Positions 1-6,865 of a DNA stretch of 7,014 bases are shown here, one piece after another. This stretch comes from Amoeboradix gromovi X-113. Taxonomy: Eukaryota; Fungi; Sanchytriomycota. The notes beneath the pieces are model-generated. The model was not told the DNA's origin. It did no database searches and saw nothing but the letters and a program-made list of their open reading frames with translations. The translations under genes were made by a program, and so were the position numbers. The stretch spans positions 1-7,014 of the forward strand of contig JADGIF010000533.1 in the NCBI GenBank assembly GCA_018985225.1, written 5' to 3'. The first letter of the stretch is position 1, and each line of letters opens with the position of its first letter.

Positions 1-112
1 TTAATGAAAGAAATTGGTATAATAGAAGATCTTTTATTAATGATAGCATTTCCTCCGTATGGAGCACCTTCTTTAAAAACGAGTTAGTCTAGTTTTTATA
101 TTTGGTGTCCCA
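1..112 (+). mobile_element. 3' end of a Fanzor/TnpB-like element, copy A (truncated by the window start)
   Basis: Matches the reverse complement of 6756-6865 (hand alignment: 7 substitutions, one 3-nt and one 1-nt indel; terminal 42 nt identical). Similarity stops abruptly after TTTGGTGTCCCA at 112. The other copy is contiguous with a TnpB/Fanzor-like C-terminal frame. Confidence 0.7.
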
Positions 113-130
113 GGCCTAGATCCATTTCAA
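20..130 (+). ncRNA. candidate omegaRNA (scaffold to about 112, plus flank-derived guide); both ends approximate
   Basis: Hairpin TAATAGAA(20-27)/TTTTATTA(32-39). Long stem-loop TGGAGCACC(60-68)/GGTGTCCCA(104-112), 8 of 9 paired, enclosing TAAAAAC(74-80)/GTTTTTA(92-98) and ending exactly at the homology boundary. The position fits known TnpB/Fanzor omegaRNA layout. Expression is inferred only. Confidence 0.45.
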
Positions 131-436
131 CTGATGAAAATAAATAAGTGCTTGAAATCATTATAGCCACAGAGAATTCATTTTTATGCTCTTTCAATAT
201 CATTGTATTTCATATTTTAGCCAAAATTGCGCCCAAGACAACTTTTATATAAATTATATCTACCATTCTTGATTATTTTGATTTAAAGATGAATTAAGAT
301 CAACTCAATATTCTGGTAAGAACTGTATGATTCCAGATTCCTTTTGATAGGGTTTTTGACATCCAATAAAGTGATCCTTTCATCTTTTTGTGATCCACTT
401 TTACCCCAGTTTGCTATTCATTGAGGAAGTCCCAAA

Positions 437-1039
437 ATGTTCAAAAAGAGATTGAAGGCCAAGTTAAATCTGCGGGTCGCTGAAGAAGAGACATCTTTGA
501 CTAAAAAAGAAGCTCTTCAGCCTAAAACATCACTCAATGTTGAATCTGATGGAACTGATATAAAAGAAGTTGAGGTCAAGGATAACATTGAAATTCTAGA
601 AGTAAAACAAAAGCAGAAGTCTCAGCGCCCAGTACTAAGCGAAGAAGAAAAGCTATCGCGAAAAAGAAAGCTATTTGACGGAAGTACTATGGAGGCTGAT
701 TACAACCCTATGATATGCCGCCCATACTTTGAGACTGGCTATTGTGGATTTGGTGACAATTGCATTTATCGACATGATCGCGAAGAAATAACTCATTCTT
801 ACGAGCTAAAAATGAATCCCAAAGTAATTGCTGACAAAAATGAATACTGCTTTGGGTGTAGAAATAACGTTAATGGTCTTCAAATGATGCTTCTTAGCTG
901 TAAAGACATGTTATGTAGAAATTGTGCTACCTCGTGCATCACGTCTAAAAGATGTCTTAAATGTAAGAAAGCAGTGGAACCATCAATTAGACCGGTTGAA
1001 CGAAAGACTAAAAAATACAAAAAGTCTACAGATGCATAG
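437..1039 (+). CDS. CWC24: pre-mRNA splicing factor Cwc24/RNF113 (CCCH zinc finger + RING), 200 aa
   Basis: DYNPMICRPYFETGYCGFGDNCIYRHDR matches the family motif DYxPDxCKDYKETGxCGFGDSCKFLHDR. It is followed by a RING-like CxxC...CxDxxCxxC...CxxC and has a basic MFKKR N-terminus. Confidence 0.9.
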   Translation: MFKKRLKAKLNLRVAEEETSLTKKEALQPKTSLNVESDGTDIKEVEVKDNIEILEVKQKQKSQRPVLSEEEKLSRKRKLFDGSTMEADYNPMICRPYFETGYCGFGDNCIYRHDREEITHSYELKMNPKVIADKNEYCFGCRNNVNGLQMMLLSCKDMLCRNCATSCITSKRCLKCKKAVEPSIRPVERKTKKYKKSTDA

Positions 1040-1046
1040 TAATAAT

Positions 1047-2532
1047 TTAATTCCAAACAATTTTATCTTCGGCTCCATTCTTTACAATAACTTTTGCTCG
1101 ATGATAAGTTGTAGGGCATCGTATATATCTGTCAAAACTAGTATATTTCATATGCATTTGCTGCACGATCTTGCTTCTAATAAAGTCTATTTCCTCATAT
1201 GTTTTCGCGTAAGCAAACTCCAATTCCTTTTCATCAACTACAATTCTTGAATTAGCAGAAACGAACGAATCCAAATCAGAATGAGTAGACGATTTTCTTA
1301 ACACTCTGCTACGACTAACTTCAGAGACCGCATTGTTGTTTTCATTAAATGCTATTGAGTCTACAATGTCTAACTGCCTTTTCAAATCTTCTTCTGATGT
1401 ATTTTCAGATCCACTTTTTTCCGCAGTGTACAGCTTAATCCATTCTCTTGTACAGTTCTCAAACTTATTAATCATTTTCAAATATTCATTAAGTAATCTA
1501 AATTAGCTGCTATTACTTGTTTGCCTCACTCTCTTTTCGGGAAGCCACAAACTTAAAATCAGCCTCACCGGGAGGAATATAATTATATTCAAAATTAGAT
1601 TCCGGATTCAATATTTTAGGCAAATGGGGTAGTAGACTTCTCAATTGCTCATCGCTGCAGAATTCTACTTTGCTTTGAACTACAGGATCCAACCAGTTTT
1701 TTATGATCTTCCAAAAACTATTGAACACCCAAGGCGCATTGACAACAAAGCATTTATATAAAGACTCAGGATAATAATCCTGAGTGCATGCAGTCATAAA
1801 CTTGGTCAATGAGTTATCAATATTCTGAACACCAAAATTAGTCAAGTTAAAAACTAGAACAATGTTGCTTATAGGGTGTCGAACAAAGCATCTTAAGGTT
1901 TCGATAACATAAATTGTGACTTCTTCAAACTCACTGGTGCTAGCGCCATTTTTGTCATGCAAGGCTGTGTTGATGTACAAAATTGGGCGGCCTTCTTCAT
2001 CCGTATTATAGACAAACGATTTGCCGGTTAGCTCATGTAATGGAAGCTTCGTATCGCCAAGCATTCTGATCTTTTCTACTTGGAACACAATTTGAAATTT
2101 AATTGCTCTAATCATCATATCCAATGCTTTTCGCAAATGATATTTTCTAGCACGAATAAACCTCATCATAAACTCGTCTGGATTTTCCAACTGAGTGATT
2201 TTGTAGTAAGCGATTCTAAACTCTTCAATTGTTATATTCTTTGAATCAACAGGAGTAGTCCTTATAGCAGAGCCTTTAGTAGTAGGCTCAAGAATGTTAT
2301 TAATTTCCTTCATAGATGTGGATATTGCTGAAGGTGACTGAGATTCTGGTAAATCAAAGTCTTCAAACAAATTAAGTCTAGATTTCGACTTCTTCTTTTT
2401 TGTAGGACTAGAAATTTGTTCCAATCCCTTGTCTAGAAGTAGCGAGTAGCATTTATCAACGGTTTCTTTTTCGTTATTACTAAATAGCTCTAAAATGGCC
2501 GAGTGAAAATAATATAGAGACAAATGGTTCAT
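1047..2532 (-). CDS. CRAL-TRIO/Sec14-family phosphatidylinositol transfer protein (fungal Csr1-like), two exons 2532-1517 and 1497-1047, 488 aa
   Basis: Motifs MMRFIRARKY, DEEGRPILY, QDYYPESL, NAPWVFNSFWKIIKNWLDPVVQSKVEF. Removing 1498-1516 fuses the 339-aa and 144-aa ORFs in frame (...ESEANK-LLNEYLKMINKFENCTREWI...). The tail FDRYIRCPTTYHR resembles the LDPYIRARSLYDR C-terminus of fungal homologues. Confidence 0.88.
1498..1516 (-). other. 19-nt spliceosomal intron (phase 2)
   Basis: GTAATAGCAGCTAATTTAG: GT...AG with branch-point-like GCTAAT. It contains the TAA that ends the upstream ORF, and its removal restores the frame. Confidence 0.85.
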
Positions 2533-3089
2533 GTTTTAAAATTTTGAAGGGGATTATAATTTTCCAAATAACATACCTACAGTAAAAGCTAGGCTACCTG
2601 ATTTTTACAGAGACACTCCGTACTTTATAATTTAAAAACTAGGTGAATTAGTTCTGTAATTTCTTCTCATGCAACTTGGTCTTTGATTATTCGTTAACAG
2701 AAATTCAATGGCTTCAAGAATGTTTTTAAAAGCATTATGGGATTCTCAAAAGATTGCCGTACTTGGGCCATCTTGTTTTCTTCCTTGGAAGTTCGTCGCT
2801 AGTGCAATGGCCTGATGGCTTTCTTCTTTACATACAGCACATAAGATAATCATAAATTTTATTAGAATTGCTGCTCAACTCTGCCCACTTAACGGTAACA
2901 ATCATGACAATCACATGGATGCCAATATTAAGTTGATCACAAATCACAGAAACATTTTCTGTAGTAGATGGTCTGAAATAAACTTGTTTTATTTGATTTT
3001 AACAGACCTAATTTCAATGCCTAATATTTTTGTTCTATCCAGCTAGTAAATCCATTATAATTTTGTTTGAAACGAAGGAATAATATAGA

Positions 3090-3683
3090 ATGAATTGGCT
3101 TCAAGGTCCAACACTAGAAGAACAGGTTCGTAAATGGAAAGGTGAATTAAAGAAACAAGAAAGACTTTTAGAAAGAAAGGTGAGAGAAGTAGACTTAGAA
3201 GAGAAGAAGTTGGTCACAGAAATAAGGAAACTCGGAACCAGCACACAGCAGCAAAATAATGTTAAGCTTCTTGCGAAAACAATTGTACAAGCCAGAAGAT
3301 CAAAAGATCATTTGTATACTAGTATTGCTCACACTAGAAGTATACAACTTCAATTACAACAGCAAATGAGCATGCTGAAAGTTACAAAACAAATACAAAA
3401 CTCTGCTGAGGTCATGAAGATGGTGAATAGGCTAATGAAGCTGCCAGAAATATCTCAAGCTATGCAGCAAATGTCCTTAGAAATGGAAAAGGCTGGAATC
3501 ATAGGTGAGATCCTGGATGATGTGCTATTTGATGAGACTGTGGAAGAAGAGGCTGAAGAAGAAGTTGAAAAGCTTATAAAAGAAATTATGGCGCCATTAA
3601 ATGCTACAAAAGTGAGCCAGGACGAAATCGCAGCAGTTGAAGAAGATAATATGTTGCAGAGACTGAACGCATTAAAGAATTAA
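3090..3683 (+). CDS. VPS24: ESCRT-III subunit Vps24/CHMP3 (Snf7 family), 197 aa
   Basis: EQVRKW...LLAKTIVQARRSKDHLYTS...SAEVMKMVNRLMKLPEI...MSLEMEKAGII...EEEAEEEVEK, with a C-terminal MIM1-like MLQRLNALKN. Confidence 0.93.
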   Translation: MNWLQGPTLEEQVRKWKGELKKQERLLERKVREVDLEEKKLVTEIRKLGTSTQQQNNVKLLAKTIVQARRSKDHLYTSIAHTRSIQLQLQQQMSMLKVTKQIQNSAEVMKMVNRLMKLPEISQAMQQMSLEMEKAGIIGEILDDVLFDETVEEEAEEEVEKLIKEIMAPLNATKVSQDEIAAVEEDNMLQRLNALKN

Positions 3684-3687
3684 TAAA
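3682..3687 (+). terminator. AATAAA polyadenylation signal overlapping the VPS24 stop codon
   Basis: TAATAAA at 3681-3687; the next ATG is only 58 nt after the stop. Confidence 0.5.
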
Positions 3688-3741
3688 ACTCAATTTCTTA
3701 TACAAAAGTTTGCTGTCAAGCCACAATTTCTAAATTTTGAA

Positions 3742-5311
3742 ATGGTTTTAAGAAAAGATCACAGACTTTTGCTAGCTATCCAAGAAGTCAAAAATCTGGG
3801 ACAAGAAATGGATACGTATGTTAATATACGCGTGCTCAAAAAACCAGAGAAGCTAGTCCAAGAATCAGAAGCTGCTATAACACCAGTGGGAACAGGAAAA
3901 AGAGATTCGGTAAATTCTATTAGTAAACGAAAAACTTTGCCACCTCTACCTGCTGGTGAAGAAGAAGATTTAATTTTTAGAACTTCGACTGTTTGGAAGT
4001 CTGAAAGTCCTTTTTTCGGAGACGATTTTGAGATAAATTTGGGAGACTTTCATGTAGTTCTGATTGAGCTTTATCAGAAAAAGATTTTAAAGGACCAGCA
4101 TCTTGGGACTATCACTCTCGACAAGGATACTTTGGTTGCAGATAATACCGTCCATGAAGATTGGAATGCAATTGATGGTGATAAAGCTAACAAACCAAGT
4201 ATTAGATTCAAATACATTTATTTGAATGAATCCATCCTGCCTTTGCATGATTATGGAAACCTGATGAACTTATTGTTTGAAGATTCATTTTGGTTAATAA
4301 AATGCATGGATAGAACTGCTGAGGATCGTGAGGAAGTCGCAAAGGTTATGGTGAGAATCTCAGTGAGCTGTGAAAACGATGTTAAGCTACTTTCCTATTT
4401 ATTAAAGCACGATGTAGAGAAAACATTGTCTGCAAATGTGCTATTCAGAGCTAATTCCATTGCTTCTAAGGCACTAGATTACTACATGAAATTAACGGCA
4501 ATGAATGTTATGCGAAATGCGTTAGAACCTGTAGTAAAGGAAATAATGTTGCAAAATAGATCTTGCGAAATTGACTTTACACGATTGGAAAGCAAAGAAA
4601 AGTACGAAGAAAATTTCACAGTATTGGAGGCATACATAAGATGGACTGTGGACAGAATTTTTGCGTCTCTTAAAGAGTGGCCCACAAATCTTAGAATTAT
4701 TTTAGGAAATTTGAGAGAAACTGTCGTCGAAAAATGGCCCGATCATGATCTTGTCAAGTATTACTGCATTTCTGGGTTTCTTTTCTTGAGACTCTTTAGC
4801 GCAGCCATGCTCGGTACTTTCAATTAACTTAGGACCAAAACTATGGCAACTAACTGATACACATCCTAATTACGATTGTGCAAGAACTTTTACTTTGATT
4901 AGCAAGGTAATACAGCAACTAGCTAACTTGGTGCCTTTTGACAAGGCTAAGGAGCCATTTATGAATCCACTTAATGAATATCTTGAATCACAGTTTCCAA
5001 GGATGAGAAAATTTATAGATGAAATTGCAGACAAAGCTATTATTTCTGGTGAGAACGCAAAAAAGACAGGTACAATGTCTAAAATGTTTAGCAAACTTGG
5101 AAAGAAAAAGGTTTCAGTCAATTTTAGTGAAATTCATGCTATAGATACTGAGTTGGAATTTACTTCACTAACGAGACTAGTCCGTAAACAAATTGATAAG
5201 ATGCAGCAGGTCAGCATACCTGGCGACCAGATAGAATCTTTGAAATCTGCATTGGAGCAAATGAGTATAGCAAAGACAGAAAAAGAGAAAATAACTTCTG
5301 AAGAAAGCTAA
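3742..5311 (+). CDS. Ras GTPase-activating protein with N-terminal C2 domain, two exons 3742-4813 and 4833-5311, 516 aa
   Basis: C2 motif FRTSTVWKSESPFFGDDF and arginine finger LFRANSIASK. After removing 4814-4832 the RasGAP signature reads continuously: GFLFLRLFSAAMLG-PKLWQLTDTHPNYDCARTFTLISKVIQQLAN, followed by KEPFM. Confidence 0.92.
4814..4832 (+). other. 19-nt spliceosomal intron (phase 1)
   Basis: GTACTTTCAATTAACTTAG: GT...AG with branch-point-like TTAAC and an in-frame TAA at 4825-4827. It sits inside the conserved RasGAP motif, which is restored without gap or insertion. Confidence 0.9.
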
Positions 5312-5320
5312 TATACTTAA

Positions 5321-5326
5321 AATAAA
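5321..5326 (+). terminator. AATAAA polyadenylation signal of the RasGAP gene
   Basis: AATAAA begins 10 nt after the last base of the stop codon (5311). Confidence 0.45.
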
Positions 5327-5602
5327 TAATTTTATTCAATCACCTAGAAATTTTGCGAAAATAGCCATCTGTGATTCCGAGAACACTTCTTGAAGTGTTA
5401 TAGAGTTTATTAAAACCTAATCTGTTAGTTATAATCACTGCGGTAACAAAAAAGGAAAACTATCGCATTTAGAGCAATAATCTATGTGTTTTACGCTTTT
5501 CATCTCTGGAAATGGCAAATATTTTTAAGGTCAAATTACAAACTGAATATTTCTCTCATATGTACCTTGAAAACATCTGCAGAGCGAATTTGAGAAGCAA
5601 GA

Positions 5603-5697
5603 ATCATTTCGAAGTGGAACCACAAATGATCTTGACGATTTAGGTCTTTCCATACAGCCAACTATCCAAACTCCTTCAATAGTAGCCTGTAGTATTT
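5603..5697 (-). pseudogene. decayed Merlin/IS1595 (ISXO2-like) DDE transposase fragment
   Basis: Reads KYYR/(frameshift)/IEGVWIVGCMERPKSSRSFVVPLRND, similar to the eukaryotic Merlin motif KYxRGxxVEGVWVxGxxERxxxxxxFxVPV. Short; catalytic DE and SD motifs not recognisable. Confidence 0.45.
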
Positions 5698-5889
5698 CAG
5701 TAAGTTGAGCTGAAAATTAGCTTTATAATAATTTTTGAAATTGGACAAGTCCTCTGTGCCAGAACATCCGAAATCCCAAGACTTTCGCTCAGCAATAATC
5801 ATGCACTGTTCCCCGCTCAGGTGTAGTCTCAAAATGAAGTTCCAGTGCAAAACAAAACGAAGACATTGGCTAAAGTAATAAAGCATTTA

Positions 5890-6189
5890 CTAGCCAAGAA
5901 TTTAGAGATGCAGAACTCTCAAGAAACCCTATATGAAGACGTGGACATCGGTAGAAAGCACATGGCATTCAACCAGGAGATGTGATTCTAGTGATTGCTG
6001 CCTACTAGATTCAAAATCATTAGCGCTCACTTTTCAAAGAATCTTTGTCCTTAATACTAATATTTTTATAGACATATACGTACAAATTAAAGAGTGATTT
6101 TATTGAACCATGGGCAAGCTTAACTCTTACACAATCAACTCTTGATTTTCCCTAAAAATCAGTATGGTTTAGAATTACTGATTCATGTG
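5890..6189 (+). pseudogene. decayed Ty3/Gypsy integrase C-terminal (GPY/F) region
   Basis: Colinear fragments across frameshifts: LAKNLEMQNSQE...DIGRKHMAF/xPGDVILV (5973-5993), KLKSDFIEPW (6084-6113), NSY...LDFP, IHV (6181-6189). These compare with the consensus D.KRR..EF.PGD.VL...KL.P.F.GPY/F...NAY.L.LP...FHV. Confidence 0.4.
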
Positions 6190-6423
6190 ATGGGAAGATG
6201 ATGCAGACTACCTATTGTGATGTACGATATCCAGAAGAATTTTCTATATTCAACAAATAATCAATTTACTGTTGAACGCGCCGTCGTTGCTGAACTGGTC
6301 TTTTAATGGGCCACATCACAATTCAGCTCATTCGCTAGGTCCTTTTACGTGACAGAGCAGTAAGCCACGAACACTGAATTTCTGAACTGATTTATGACGT
6401 TGGCGGTTTTCAAATTTTAAATA

Positions 6424-6639
6424 TTACATATAACTGATTCTTGTACATTTCATAAAATGCACTGCCTTTTTCTTGTGTCTTTGGTGCAATGAAGAATTAC
6501 GAGGTGGTGGGTCCGAGTCTGTTGGGGGTGTTAATAAACAATCAGCTTTGTCCATTTTGGAAATAAAGGGGGATTTGTTTGTCAAGGAGGAGTTTCCTAT
6601 ATATATTTGAAGGCCTTCATCCATGATTCGAAGTTTCAT
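6424..6639 (-). CDS. possible small orphan protein (71 aa)
   Basis: ATG-to-TAA ORF with Pro/Ser-rich segment and KKAVHF. No family recognised; may be spurious. Confidence 0.2.
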   Translation of the reverse strand: MKLRIMDEGLQIYIGNSSLTNKSPFISKMDKADCLLTPPTDSDPPPRNSSLHQRHKKKAVHFMKCTRISYM

Positions 6640-6737
6640 TGAAGTAGAATTTCTTTCCGTGATTTAACACTTTTGCATTGCCTGTGACACCAATCAATGC
6701 TTTATTTTAAATTAAAGCGCTTGCATGAGTTCAAGAG

Positions 6738-6845
6738 TTGATCTTACGTAACTGATGGGACACCAAATATAAAAACTAGACTAACTCGTTTTTAAAGGTG
6801 CTAGATACAGAAGAAATGCTATCATTAACAAAAGATCTTCTATTA
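6738..6845 (-). ncRNA. candidate omegaRNA of copy B; both ends approximate
   Basis: Same hairpins as copy A. An A-to-G change in hairpin 1 keeps a U-G pair, and GCACC/GGTGT and TAAAAAC/GTTTTTA are retained, but two outer pairs are lost. Confidence 0.4.
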
Positions 6846-6865
6846 TATCAATTTTCTTTCATTGA
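6756..6865 (-). repeat. inverted copy (B) of 1-112; 3' terminal segment of the Fanzor-like element
   Basis: TGGGACACCAAATATAAAAACTAGACTAACTCGTTTTTAAAG (6756-6797) is the exact reverse complement of 71-112, and the alignment continues to position 1. Confidence 0.95.

Noticed and set aside
86-120. Helitron 3' end (CTAG at 89-92 or 116-119)
   Set aside because: Shared sequence extends 20 nt past the first CTAG, and the second is absent from copy B.
295-306. TAAGATCAACTC matches the reverse complement of 6735-6746, within the flank of copy B
   Set aside because: Only 12 nt, does not extend, and omits the scaffold-proximal seed of the putative guide; matches of this size are expected by chance in AT-rich DNA.
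924-1250. 108-aa + ORF
   Set aside because: Non-ATG start; overlaps CWC24 out of frame and is antisense to the Sec14-family exon; no motifs.
1047-1481. ORFs 1047-1481 and 4895-5311 as separate genes, or as frameshifted pseudogenes
   Set aside because: Both begin at TTG and are second exons joined by GT-AG introns with matching consensus.
4482-5121. Minus-strand ORFs 4482-4685 and 4870-5121
   Set aside because: Antisense shadows of the RasGAP gene.
437-5311. Alternative genetic code (TAA/TAG = Gln)
   Set aside because: VPS24 ends at TAA exactly at its expected C-terminus, and the internal TAAs are explained by introns.
5336-5500. Minus-strand gene ending at TGA 5338-5336 with overlapping AATAAA
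   Set aside because: Frames are short and no intron matching the 19-nt consensus links them to a start.
5662-5886. 74-aa minus ORF as a real gene
   Set aside because: No recognisable protein; only its last codons overlap the Merlin-like relic.
6279-6410. tRNA, 5S rRNA, U5, U6 or SRP RNA assignment
   Set aside because: No T-loop/B-box, no 5S loop C/E context, no stem around the U5-like loop, no U6 ISL and no SRP GNRA loop.
1-6865. One giant TIR transposon (Pack-type/Maverick-like) carrying the four genes
   Set aside because: The sharp homology boundaries are on the inner side and similarity runs outward off the window, so the elements lie outside the gene block.
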